64,000 nt of DNA from positions 88,970,001-89,034,000 of the forward strand of contig OZ024743.1 in assembly GCA_964016885.1 (NCBI GenBank). The letters run 5' to 3'. The translations under genes and the position numbers were made by a program. The DNA is from Eledone cirrhosa. Lineage: Eukaryota. Shown here piece by piece: positions 26,243 to 39,900 of the stretch. How positions within the stretch are numbered: the first letter of the stretch is position 1; every line of letters starts with the position of its first letter. The notes below the pieces were generated by a model. It was not told the DNA's origin, did not search any database, and saw nothing but the letters and a program-made list of their open reading frames with translations.

Positions 26243-26409
26243 CCGTATTTCCCGGCGCCAAAGATGCTTCGGCCTCGGGGATGCACTCTAATTTTGACAA
26301 CCAAACATTTGAAAAAAAATAATTAACAACCTTCAGCCTCCAGGATGCATGGTAGATTTTTTAGACTTATTTTAGGAAGAAGTAGCGTTTTCGACGCCGA
26401 GAAATACGG
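26243..26409. mobile_element. pogo/Tigger-type MITE
   Basis: Imperfect TIRs CCGTATTTCCCGGCG / CGCCGAGAAATACGG. Confidence 0.75.
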
Positions 26410-26954
26410 TGTGTCTGTATGTATACACATACACACACACTCACACATATACACAACAAGCGGTTGGGAGGGCCCTTCAGTTTGTGTCAAAAGACACGAC
26501 AATTGCTGTGCACTCAATAGAATATATAGCCATTTATGAGTGGGGTACAGACCCCTCGGCTCTCTGGGAGGTCAGTAGCCCTGCTTCAGTGTTAACTTGG
26601 TCTATGTAGATCCGTCCAACCCTTGCTAGCAGAGAAGGCAGGCATTAAATGATGATGATGATGATGATGATACACACATATATATATATATGTATATATA
26701 TATGTGTGTGTGTGTATATATATATACACACACACACACATATATGTATATATGTAGGTATGTATAAGATTTAATTTAAAAACATTTTTGTACTTTGGTA
26801 TGAAAGGAATGTTAATATCTGTACATTGAATAAAAATAATTAGTTAAAATAAACGATATTTTGTGAAAATATTATCCTCTTATCAGCTTGGGTGTATTCT
26901 AGAAATAACTCAATGAACATGGCAGCAAAAACTACTATATCATATTTTGGTTGT

Positions 26955-27835
26955 AATAATAATAATTGTTTCTACTTTTGGCACAAGGCCAGCAATTATC
27001 CAATACATTACTGGTACTTTATTTTATCGACCCCGTAAGGATGAAAGGCAAAGTTAACCTCGACGGGATTTGAACTCAGACCACGATAGGACGTAACTAT
27101 GCTAGAAAGCATGGCGGCTAACCCTCTACCGATACTGCCAATTCACCATTGTAATAATAGAAATAATAATAATGGTTTCTAATTTAAGGACAAGGTCAGC
27201 AATTTTTGGGGAGGGAAAAGTTGATTAAATTGACACCAGTATATTACTGGTATTTTATTTTATCGACTCGGTAAGTATGAAAGGTAAAGCTAACCTTAGT
27301 GGGATTTGAACTCGGAGTGTAAAGAGCTGTAACTCTATGCTGCGAAGCATGGTATCCCGACACTTTACTGATACTGCAAAGGGTTGTATGATATACCACA
27401 AATTTCAGTTTAGGCACAAAACTAAGTATTTTGAAGAGGAGGGAAAGTTGTTTAAATTGATCCACTACTTTAGTGGTTCTTTATTGACCTCAAAATGATG
27501 AAAGATGGGATTTGAGCTCACAACATAATGAGATGGAACAAATATAGCATTTGCATTTTTCCCGCCGCTCTACCAATTCTTCCAATTTATCATAATTGTT
27601 TCTACTTTTTGCACAAGGCCAGCAATTATTACAGTGCATTACTGGTACTTTATTTTATCGACCCCGTAAGGGTGAAAGGCAAAGTTAGCTTGGCGGGATT
27701 TGAACTCAGACCGCAAAAGGCCGTAACTCTATGCTCCAAAGCATGGCGTTTGACTCTCTACTGATACTGCCAATTCACTGCCCTTAATAATGGTTTCTAA
27801 TTTAGGCACAAGGCCAGCAATTTTGAGAGGTGAGG
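26955..27835 (-). mobile_element. Cluster of four (plus one partial) co-oriented family-1 tRNA SINEs
   Basis: Repeated GGCACAAGGCCAGCAATT...GGATTTGAACTC blocks separated by (AAT)n. Confidence 0.88.
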
Positions 27836-28001
27836 AGAATTCAATAATATGATTTTCAAATCATTTTGAAAATAATCAAGAATTTGGAGGGATTTAGTAA
27901 AGTAACTTTCTCATTATTAAACTGGTGTTTGGAACATAACTTAATAAAGGTTTTTACATTAAATTACGATGGAAGGTATTTAGATAAACATAAACATTTA
28001 A

Positions 28002-28336
28002 ACCCTTTTGTTACCATATTTACTGAAAGACATTGCTTATGATTTTCAAGTAATTTTGAAAACAATCAAGAGTTTTTGGGGATTTAGTAATGCAACTTTC
28101 TCATTATTAAGCTGGTATCTCGAACATAACATAACAAAGGTTCTGATGGAAAGGTATTTTTTAGATAAATGTAACCCTTTAAATTAACAGTTTTGTATTG
28201 TAGAACCAGCTGTAGAAATCTAGCCTCAACTGAGACAACCTGTCTAACCCACGCTAGCATGGAAAGTGGACGGTAAACGATGATGATGATGATGAACCAG
28301 GGGTAGTTTCAGGAGGTGTGGTATCAAAAGGGTTAA
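28002..28336. mobile_element. piggyBac-like MITE (second family) carrying a LINE-tail insertion
   Basis: CCCTTTTGTTACC ... GGTATCAAAAGGG-TTAA; a partial duplicate lies upstream (27850-28000) and a related copy at ~56480-56697. Confidence 0.65.
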
Positions 28337-28819
28337 AACACCTTCTACTCCTCTTTGTGGTTGGTGGACTAAATATTTCTGACTAGATATTGTACTAAAT
28401 CAGGACAAGGTCATCATACCTTAGGAGGGAGCCCCTTAAGATGGAATGGTTGTTCAGCTGTGGCAATGTTTGACTAGATATTGTTCTAAATCAAGACAAG
28501 GGTATCATCACACCTTAGGAGGAAGCCCCTTGAGATAAAATGGCTGATGCAGCAGGCTTTCCTGGCTGTTCAGCTGTGGCAATGTTTTTACTATCTTCTC
28601 TGTTGGGTCCAGTTGACATACAGCACCCAATCAAGGTCATAAAGTTAGCTCTCCTCCCCCTTCAACCCTTTGTGTTACTTCTTTTCTTTCTATTTCTTTT
28701 GTCATTGTGATATCCTAAGAACTGATGAGAAAGACTAAATATTTGATTGTTAATCACAGTAATTTCTGAATAATAATAGAAATGTCTACTGTATGTGAAT
28801 AGCAGTGAAGACAACGTAA

Positions 28820-28925
28820 CAACTATACCACCACCACTACTACTACTACCACTACTACTACTACCACCACCACTACCACCGCTACTACCACCACCACTAC
28901 TACTACCACTACTACTACCACCATC

Positions 28926-28957
<32 letters not shown>

Positions 28958-29252
28958 CACCATCACTACTACCACCACCACCACTACCACTACTACCACT
29001 ACTACTACTACCACCACCACCACCACTACCACCACTACTGCTACTACTACCACTACTACCACCACTACCACCACTACTACTACTACCACCAACACTACCA
29101 CCACCAGCACCACTACTACCATCACCAGCACCACTACTACCATCACCAGCACCACTACCACCACCAGCACCACTACCACCACCAGCACTACTACCACCAC
29201 CAGCACTACTACCACCACCATTACTACTACTACCACCAGAACTACTACTATC
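28820..29252. repeat. (CCA/CTA)n trinucleotide repeat
   Basis: Direct reading. Confidence 0.95.
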
Positions 29253-29377
29253 ACCCCTCCCTTCCACTTTGGATTTCATTGACATTAAACTGTGTCACAC
29301 TAGAGAGAGAAAGGTTTAGCATTAGACAAGAAGGGATGGGCTTTGAGTTGCCTATTGCGAATAAATTTAGTCCTCAT

Positions 29378-29574
29378 AACCACCACCACTACCACCATCA
29401 CCACAACCACCAACACCACCACCACAACCACCAACGCCACCACCACAACCACCAACACCACCACCACAACCACCAACACCAACACCACCAGCACAACCAC
29501 CAACACCACCACCACAACCACCAACACCACCACCACAACTACCACCACCACAACCACCAACACCACCACCACAC
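29378..29574. repeat. (CAC/CAA)n trinucleotide repeat
   Basis: Direct reading. Confidence 0.95.
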
Positions 29575-29776
29575 CATTAGCATTTACATTACTCTATATA
29601 TACTATTGTATTTTTGTAGTAATTACATAATTATCTCACATAATATTGAATCTACGAGATTTTGATGTTATTTATTTTGAGAACAATACCTTAACATCAG
29701 TATGAATGGTCAGTTATGGCTGGTTTGAACAGAAAGAGGTCAGAGAAATCTGGCCAGATATAGCTGGTTTAAAGGG
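29574..29776. mobile_element. piggyBac-like MITE, decayed copy
   Basis: Homologous to 56088-56307; ends AAAGGG-TTAA. Confidence 0.75.
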
Positions 29777-29899
29777 TTAACTGATGAGGTGGGAGTAGTT
29801 TTAACCATCTCCATCTATAGTAGTTAGATTATAAGGAGCGAGAAAGGACCTCCAGCCTCACCAGACAACTTAAGAAGTGAACCTTCATAGGAGCAGCAG

Positions 29900-30290
29900 A
29901 AACAAGGGGGACACACCTCTGTATGTGGAACTTGGACCCTAACAATGTTCACAGTCAAGTCTCTCAATAGCTGCTACAATTACATGTTCTAGATGACTTT
30001 CATTTAACATTAGATGGATGTAGAAAGTGACCAGTAAGTGATTTCTAAGGTGACCTCCTTCAGTTGACCACAAAGCTACAGCTTGCCAAACAGTGTCCAA
30101 GATGCAAGAGTTTTCTGTTAGCCAAAACACCATTTAGGAGTTCAGCCACGAGGTGTGAGGGCATGAACTGTAGGAGTCCACCTAAAACTATGGTCAATAC
30201 CTTGATGGAGGACACTGAGGAACTTAAGACAATGATAATAGATCAGAACATGAGGTGTGTATGTCATTGTGGTCAACACAAGGTTTTGTT
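29900..30290 (+). mobile_element. Old RTE-group LINE 3' ORF relic
   Basis: CGTWTLT...KSLNSCY...KLQLAKQC...PPKTMVNTLMEDT..ELKTM; paralogous segment at ~49560-49700. Confidence 0.7.
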
Positions 30291-31214
30291 GTAGTTGACA
30301 GATTATGATGATGATAATGATGGTGGTGGTGATGATGGTGGTGGTAATGACGATAATAATCATGGTGGTGATGATGATGACCCCCTCTCCCCAGTTGTCC
30401 AACAAGATAGCTACTGTCTGCCAAGCAGTGTCTGAGACACAGAGAGTTTTCTGTCAACTAAGACATGATCTAGGAGTACACCATTGGGGTGAGGGGCATG
30501 GACTGTGAGAGTCTCCTAAACTATTAATAAGGTATGAGGTGACTGTTTAGTATGGAGTAAATGTCTGTCTACTACAATGTAACTATCTGTTTGGTATGGG
30601 GCAACTGCTTATCTAGTGTGGAGGCAACTATTTGTCTTATATGGGGCAATTGATTGACTAGTGTGGGGAAAAATGTTAGTCTAGTGTGGGGTAGCTGTCT
30701 GGAATGAGGTATCTATCTGTCTAGTATGGAGTTAACTGTTTACTTGTCTAGTATGGAGTAACTATCAATATGGGATAACTACCAGTCTCTTACAGTGGTG
30801 CGAAACCTTTCAGTCATTTTAATGCAGCCTTCTGATAGAACTCTGGGTTTTACATAAACCCACATATCTGTTGATTACATAGAATTATATTTATTCATTA
30901 AATATAATTAATTAAAGAAGTTGTTAAAAAGTCAGTTAGTCTTTATTACTTTCATATTATTAATTACATTTTCATGTCATTAAATTTCTCCATATAGCTA
31001 ATGAAATATTCTTAATTGCATTCTTATTAGATTACAGAGAATACAATATAGACTTCAAATAATGGAAATAGTTCCCATGCCACTTCAAATAAATCATTGA
31101 AACAATTGTTTCATTGTTAAAATGATATTAAAATGTGTTTTCTTCCACGTGGAAGGAAGCGGAGGAAGAAAGACATTAACTAAGATAGTAAAAGCTGACC
31201 TCCGGAAACTACAC

Positions 31215-31390
31215 CTCTTAAAACCTCCATGCTTCCTGAAATTCGCCAACACTACACCTGATATTCCCCCTCGCACTCATGTATATCATGTTCACTTTCC
31301 TGACATTTGTACATTATTCTATGTACTATACATGCACCTTTGATGAGTTGTAGTGCACCTGAGCACTGTACACAATAATTTCATTATTAT
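31215..31390 (+). mobile_element. CR1-type LINE 3' end
   Basis: Homologous to 52330-52460. Confidence 0.8.
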
Positions 31391-31391
31391 T

Positions 31392-31582
31392 TGGTGGATT
31401 GGCAGTATCGATAGAGGGTCCGACACCATGCTTTGATGCATGGAGTTACGGCCCTTGCCATTCTGAGTTCAAATCCCGCCGAGGTTAACTTTGCCTTTCA
31501 TCCTTACGGGGTCGATTAAATAAAGTATCAGTAATGCACTGGGTAATTGCTGGCCTTGTGCCAAAAGTAGAAACAATTATTA
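31392..31582 (+). mobile_element. tRNA-derived SINE, family 1
   Basis: TGGCAGTATCG A box, GAGTTCAAATCC B box, GCCTTTCATCCTTACGGGGTCGA body. Confidence 0.9.
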
Positions 31583-31682
31583 TAAGGGAGGGATGACAAG
31601 CAGGGAGATGCTCTACTAGAGAGGACTTGTGTCATCCATGCAAACATGGAAAAAACATGGAAAAACGATAATGATTATGATA

Positions 31683-31888
31683 GTGGTTTCTGGTTTAGGC
31701 ACAAGGCCAGTAATTTTGGTGGAGGGGAAAGTCGATTAAATCAACTCCAGTGTGTGACTGGTACTTTATTTTATCAACCTCATAAGGATGAAAGGCAAAG
31801 CTAACCTCGGCGGCATTTGAACTCAGAATGTAAAGGGCTGTAACTCTGTGCTGCAACGCTCTACTGATTCTGCCAATCCACTACCCTC
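31683..31888 (-). mobile_element. tRNA-derived SINE, family 1 (long variant)
   Basis: Reverse complement of the family, with an extra internal block. Confidence 0.85.
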
Positions 31889-32266
31889 ATGATAATAATA
31901 ATAATATAATGAAGTTTTGATTACAGTTCCTTAATAATATAGAACATGTCTTCTTAAAATTTGTCTCTCTAGATACTGTTGGTAGTTTATTAGTTTCTGA
32001 GGTGATATTAGCAGTGTCTTAGGTCATATTGGTAGCTTATTAGTGTGTGGGGGTTAAGCAACAAGTAGTATTTTCATCTAAAATATAACGACCAGGAATA
32101 AGTTGAAAATCTACCACTTATTTGTTTCAGCATTGCTGTCTTAACTCTTCTGCCAACTTCATGCCAGTCCTTGGATAAAGAATTTGGTGGCTGTGGTGGT
32201 TGGGAGGGAGGGAAGAGGTGCTTAGGGTTAAGGGATTTAGAGTTGCAGTAGTTTTTATATACAAAT

Positions 32267-34029
32267 ATAGCGCAACTAATCAGAGAGAGAATTGATCTAG
32301 ATGAAATGCAGTTCGGGTTTGTGTCAGGCAAAAGTACCACAGACGCTCTTTTCATTGTACGACAACTACAGGAGAAGTACCTAGCTAAAAGTAAACCCCT
32401 ATACTTAGCTTTTGTCGACCTGGAGAAAGCCTTCGACAGAGTCCCCCGTTCCATTATCTGGTGGGCTCTTAGAAAACTAGGTGTTGATGAATGGCTTGTG
32501 AGAGCTATACAAGCCATGTATAAAGAAACAGTCAGCAAGGTTAGAATTAACAACGAATATAGCGAAGAGTTTAGCGTAAAAGTTGGTGTCCATCGGGGCT
32601 CTGTTCTTAGCCCCCTACTATTTATTATTGCCCTTCAGGCTATAACAGAGGAGTTCAATACCGGCTGCCCATGGGAACTCCTATACGCAGATGATCTAAC
32701 GCTCATAGCTGAATCAATGGCCGAGCTAGAGAAGAAATTCCAAACATGGAAGCATGGCCTAGAATCAAAAGGCCTTAAAATTAACCTAGCTAAGACTAAA
32801 GTTCTAGTTTGTAGGAAAGAAAATAAGGCGCCGGTCCCTTCCGGGAAATGGCCATGCTCAGTGTGTAGGAAAGGCGTAGGTAGAAACTCCATTTTATGTC
32901 CCAAATGCAAAGTATGGGTGCATAAAAGATGTAGTGGGATCACAGGTAAGCTAACTAAGAACATAGATTTTACATGTGGCCGGTGCTCTGGTGAAATAAG
33001 TAGCAGCAAGTGCCCACAAAATACTAGCTCTTTCAATTGCGCAGAGGGTTCTATAGAAATAGTGGACAGCTTCCGTTACCTGGGTGACAAAATCAGCAGT
33101 GGGGGAGGGTGCTCTGAAAGTACAGTAGCTAGAGTCAGAACGGGATGGAAAAAGTTCAGAGAGCTTATACCACTATTAGCCGCTAAAGGGTTCTCCCTAA
33201 AAATGAAAGGCAGGTTGTATGATGCCTGCATACGAACAGCAATGTTGCATGGCAGTGAGACCTGGGCATTGTGTGCAGAGGATATACGCAGACTAGTGAG
33301 GAACGAAGCTTGCATGCTCCGCTGGATGTGTAATAGTAATATACGTGAACGGCAAAGCATAAACGAACTAAGGAAAAAATTAGAAATAAGAGGGATCAGA
33401 TGTTGTTTACTTGAGAGAAGGCTACGTTGGTATAGTCACGTGATGCGCATGAAAGACGACAGCTGTATAACAAAGTGCAGGGCAATTAAGATAGACGGTA
33501 GCCACGGTGTAGGCAGACCCAGAAAAACCTGGGACGAGCTGATAAATTCCGACCTCACACACTTACACCTCTCCAAGACAATGTCACTGGGCCGAGACCT
33601 TTGGTGGTACTCAGTAATAGAGAAGACTCGCCTTACCTAAATACAAAGTAAAACCTACTACAGTCAGTAGGCATCTCTAACAAAATACACCCCTCGTCCC
33701 ACCACCCCCACCCCACCCACACCGCCCCTTCAATGTAAAATTATGTTGGTGCCACAACATCCAGGCCGAAACAAATGAGATCGTGTAGGTGTCACGACAA
33801 AAAAACACACAGTCCACGCTGTAATGTGGCCGTGTAGGCAACACGGTAAAAACCTCCCAGCCCCACACTGTAAATGTGGTTGGTGTTAGGAAGGGCATCC
33901 AGCTGTAGAAAACCCGCCAGACAGTCCTATGCGAGCAATGACAATCACTCTTGCCTCAAGTGGGAAAACTCCCGTCTAAACCCATGCAAGCGTGGAACAT
34001 GGACGTTAAACGATGATGATGATGATGAT
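32267..34029 (+). mobile_element. RTE-type LINE, 5'-truncated; 444-aa open RT frame with PHD insertion, 3'UTR and (GAT)n tail
   Basis: QFGF, FVDLEKAFDRV, GSVLSP, LLYADD, FRYLG, RRLRWYSHV, GRPRKTW motifs. Confidence 0.97.
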
Positions 34030-35749
34030 ATTTAATTTGTATTTGAAGTGTATAAATATATATATTGTTTCCATTTGAAAGCATTAGCTATTTCATTTGC
34101 TGAAAATAAAAAAATAAAAATATTGTTTCTTTTTAAATTTATTAAAGAAGGAATTGTAATTTTGTAATTACAGATGCCCCCCCCCCCCCCCCAATTTTTT
34201 TTTTATATAAACAACAATAACAAAAAATACCTTATTCCTAAATAGCTTCTGATTAAAAAAACAATTAAACAAATTTTTTTCTTTTTGCAAATTTTGATTC
34301 TCAAATGCTCTAAACCTAAAATTCAGAAAACCATCTAAAAATAAAAATAATTTGGAGGGCAGTTAAAAAATACATGCTGAAATGAATAAGTACTGAAAAC
34401 TGTGGTACAATGTTGTATAGTGTTATACTCCCACCGAGATTAGCTTTGCCTTTCATCCCTACGGGGTCAATAAAATGAAGTACTAGTGAGCACTGGGAGT
34501 TGATTTAAATGACTTTCCCCTTCCCTTTAAATTGCTGGCCTAGTGCTTATAGTAGAAACAGTTATACTGTATTGTACAACATCGCACAGTATTTCATAGT
34601 CTGTATTTTGGTTTTTAGAATAGGTAAACTGTATCTCTGTGTGTTATAAGAGACAGCTAAAAGGGTTGGTGCCAGGAATGGCATCTGGCTGTAAAATGTC
34701 TCAAAACATTCCATCCAACTCTCATGCCAGCATGGAAAAGTGGACATAAAAACCATGATGATGATTGTTTACACCATAAAGTGGTACCCAGTTGTAGTAA
34801 ACATCCCAAAAGGGGTAGAGAGGACTCACTGAGGACAAGACAAATGCTCTAATACTAGTGGCATGATAAAATGCACCCAGTAAACTCTGTAAAACAGTTT
34901 GCATTACGCAGGGCACACACCCATAGAAATCATGCCAAAAAGAGTAAATACTTTTCTGTTGTGTCAGTGACATAGCAAGCTCTCTTATGTTGGTGCCATA
35001 TACACTTTGTAAAGTGGTTGGCATTAGGAAGGCCATCCAAGCATAGAAACCATGCCAAAATAGAATGTATTTGAGACGGATGTTGTCACACAATTTGTTT
35101 AGGAGGACAAAAATTCCAGTAGTTAAGTACTGACCTGTTTTGTAATGACCCATCCAACCCATGCCAACATAACAAAAATGGCCATAACATGCTGATGAGG
35201 ACAAGAAGGATGGTCTTAGATTGCACACTGCATAATCTATTAGCTTTATTATAAACAAAACATACATTAACTCTATAAAGAACATACAAAAGAAACTGCT
35301 ATAAAAACTAAACCAGGAACACAGTTAGGTTTTCAATAACCCCCCCCCCCCCCCACACACACAAACACACATGCTTTTATATACTGTTGACAAAATACTT
35401 CAGTACACCGAACTAGCTAATCATAATGGTATTAATTTGTAGAATGTGTGTCTGTCATTGTTCTGTTGCCATTGCCATTTTTCAATAGCTCTTACTTCTT
35501 CCATTATACCTTGTGCCACAGATTTATAAGATGTCAGCCATTACAGATGGTAAGTCAGCCTAGATGTTTTTGTTCCTCTCATGTAATCTTTGGAACTGAG
35601 ATATATATGAAACATTGTTGACTTGCTGAGAATTATGATAAACTTTACAGTTTAATCACTGGAGAATTGTTTAAAACTATGTGAGGAGGGCAAAGTTTCT
35701 ACTGTTGACTCATATCTAAAATGGAGCTGCCATTTCTCTTACATAATAA

Positions 35750-36690
35750 CCCCATCACATACACACACAGTCACACTCACACACATACATGGTGTTACAT
35801 ACACACACACAGGCTCCCACCACATACACAACACCCTTACATACACAGTCACACAGCTTTCATTACATTCATATACACTGTCACATACACATTGTCACAT
35901 ATCCTGACATTTTCTCATATACAGCCATCAACACACTTACAGAGCCTTCATCACACACACACAGCCTTCATCACACACATATATTGTCACTTACACAGCC
36001 TTCATCACACACATACACAGTTATCAACACATATATACACATACATTGTCACATATTAGCCCTTCATGACACAATACACTGCCCCATTGCATACATAACT
36101 TTCATCAAACACACACACATACGTTGTTACATACACAACCTTCATCACACACATACACAACCTTCATCACATTCATACACACATGTTATCACATACACAG
36201 CCCTCACCACATACATACACAGCCTTCATCACATACATACACACTGTCACATACATACATATATAGTTTCCTCTCTGTATTAAACACCTATCACTGCTCT
36301 ATTCCTGTTCTATACAACATACAACCACTTTACTAAACATCTACCTATCTATAGTAAACACCTACTACCACTTTACTAAATACCTACCTGTTCTGTACAT
36401 AACACTTACCACCTCTATACAGAACACTTACCACCTCTATACAGAACACCTACCTGTTCTATACAGGTAGATGTTCTGCATAGAGGTGGTAAGTGTTATA
36501 TATTAAATACATAGCCACCCCTTCACTCTAGATTAAACTCCTACACCCTCTATATGTCTATACTAAACACTCATCCCTATGTCTCTCTAAACACTTACCC
36601 CTCTATCTCTCTACTCTAAATACCTACCCCATGTCTCAATATACTAAACACCCGCTCCTCTGTCTCTCTATACTAAATATCTACCCTCCT
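35750..36690. repeat. Degenerate CA-rich minisatellites
   Basis: ACAGCCTTCATCACAC and CTATACTAAACACCTACC-like units. Confidence 0.75.
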
Positions 36691-36954
36691 TTTTAATGAA
36701 ACTCATAACTTCCTGATTGCAAACCCAATACTCTAACTTCTAAGCCATATGATATCACAAGCCTTCTTAAGACATTAAACGATGATCATGTTGATGATCA
36801 TACCACTATCAAACTCGACTATCAAAGGAACCTTGACTTGATGACTCGACTATCAAAGGAACCTTGACTTGATGACTCAACATCCTAGAAAAAGTAGAAA
36901 ATTTCCCTCAAATTACACTTATCTTCAAAAAAGAGTCTCATTGGACAATATCTA

Positions 36955-39900
36955 TCTAGATGGGAATGTCATATTGGACATCATAGATAGGAATGTCATA
37001 TTGGACATCATAGATAGGAATGTCATATTGGACATCATAGATAGGAATGTCATATTGGACATCATAGATAGGAATGTCATATTAGACAGTATAGATAGGA
37101 ATGTCATATTGGACATCATAGATAGGAATGTCATATTGGACATCATAGATAGGAATGTCATATTGGACATCATAGATAGGAATGTCATATTGGACATCAT
37201 AGATAGGAATGTCATATTGGACATCATAGATAGGAATGTCATATTAGACAGTATAGATAGGAATGTCATATTGGACATCATAGATAGGAATGTCATATTG
37301 GACATCATAGATAGGAATGTCATATTAGACTGTATAGATAGGAATGTCATATTGGACATCATAGATAGGAATGTCATATTGGACAGTATAGATAGGAATG
37401 TCATATTGGACATCATAGATAGGAATGTCATATTAGACATCATAGATAGGAATGTCATATTAGACAGTATAGATAGGAATGTCATATTAGACATCATAGA
37501 TAGGAATGTCATATTAGACAGTATAGATAGGAATGTCATATTAGACATCATAGATAGGAATGTCATATTAGACAGTATAGATAGGAATGTCATATTGGAC
37601 ATCATAGATAGGAATGTCATATTAGACAGTATAGATAGGAATGTCATATTAGACATCATAGATAGGAATGTCATATTAGACAGTATAGATAGGAATGTCA
37701 TATTAGACATCATAGATAGGAATGTCATATTAGACAGTATAGATAGGAATGTCATATTAGACATCATAGATAGGAATGTCATATTAGACATCATAGATAG
37801 GAATGACATATTGGACATCATAGATAGGAATGTCATATTAGACATCATAGATAGGAATGTCATATTAGACATCATAGATAGGAATGTCATATTAGACAGT
37901 ATAGATAGGAATGTCATATTAGACATCATAGATAGGAATGTCATATTAGACAGTATAGATAGGAATGTCATATTAGACATCATAGATAGGAATGTCATAT
38001 TAGACAGTATAGATAGGAATGTCATATTAGACATCATAGATAGGAATGTCATATTAGACATCATAGATAGGAATGACATATTGGACATCATAGATAGGAA
38101 TGTCATATTAGACATCATAGATAGGAATGTCATATTAGACATCATAGATAGGAATGTCATATTAGACAGTATAGATAGGAATGTCATATTAGACATCATA
38201 GATAGGAATGTCATATTAGACAGTATAGATAGGAATGTCATATTGGACATCATAGATAGGAATGTCATATTGGACAGTATAGATAGAAATGTCATATTGG
38301 ACATCATAGATAGGAATGTCATATTAGACATCATAGATAGGAATGTCATATTAGACAGTATAGATAGGAATGTCATATTGGACATCATAGATAGGAATGT
38401 CATATTAGACAGTATAGATAGGAATGTCATATTAGACATCATAGATAGGAATGTCATATTAGACAGTATAGATAGGAATGTCATATTAGACATCATAGAT
38501 AGGAATGTCATATTAGACAGTATAGATAGGAATGTCATATTAGACATCATAGATAGGAATGTCATATTAGACAGTATAGATAGGAATGTCATATTAGACA
38601 TCATAGATAGGAATGTCATATTAGACATCATAGATAGGAATGACATATTGGACATCATAGATAGGAATGTCATATTAGACATCATAGATAGGAATGTCAT
38701 ATTAGACATCATAGATAGGAATGTCATATTAGACAGTATAGATAGGAATGTCATATTAGACATCATAGATAGGAATGTCATATTAGACAGTATAGATAGG
38801 AATGTCATATTAGACATCATAGATAGGAATGTCATATTAGACAGTATAGATAGGAATGTCATATTAGACATCATAGATAGGAATGTCATATTAGACATCA
38901 TAGATAGGAATGACATATTGGACATCATAGATAGGAATGTCATATTAGACATCATAGATAGGAATGTCATATTAGACATCATAGATAGGAATGTCATATT
39001 AGACAGTATAGATAGGAATGTCATATTAGACATCATAGATAGGAATGTCATATTAGACAGTATAGATAGGAATGTCATATTGGACATCATAGATAGGAAT
39101 GTCATATTGGACAGTATAGATAGAAATGTCATATTGGACATCATAGATAGGAATGTCATATTAGACATCATAGATAGGAATGTCATATTAGACAGTATAG
39201 ATAGGAATGTCATATTGGACATCATAGATAGGAATGTCATATTAGACAGTATAGATAGGAATGTCATATTAGACATCATAGATAGGAATGTCATATTAGA
39301 CAGTATAGATAGGAATGTCATATTAGACATCATAGATAGGAATGTCATATTGGACAGTATAGATAGGAATGTCATATTGGACATCATAGATAGGAATGTC
39401 ATATTAGACATCATAGATAGGAATGTCATATTAGACAGTATAGATAGGAATGTCATATTGGACATCATAGATAGGAATGTCATATTAGACAGTATAGATA
39501 GGAATGTCATATTGGACATCATAGATAGGAATGTCATATTAGACAGTATAGATAGGAATGTCATATTAGACATCATAGATAGGAATGTCATATTAGACAG
39601 TATAGATAGGAATGTCATATTAGACATCATAGATAGGAATGTCATATTAGACATCATAGATAGGAATGTCATATTAGACATCATAGATAGGAATGACATA
39701 TTGGACATCATAGATAGGAATGCCATATTAGACATCATAGATAGGAATGTCATATTAGACATCATAGATAGGAATGTCATATTAGACAGTATAGATAGGA
39801 ATGTCATATTAGACCATATAGATAGGAATGTCATATTGGACCATATAGATAGGAATGTCATATTGGACCATATAGATAGGAATGACATATTGGACAGTAT

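Noticed and set aside
28662-29665. Gly/Ser-, Pro/Leu-, His- and Thr-rich ORFs
   Set aside because: Trinucleotide repeats open in most frames, with no splice or domain support
29890-30045. Apparent duplicated exon (CAG...GTAAGT, and GTGAGT at ~49678)
   Set aside because: Stops in all + frames; the sequence reads as a decayed LINE ORF (CGTWTLT...)
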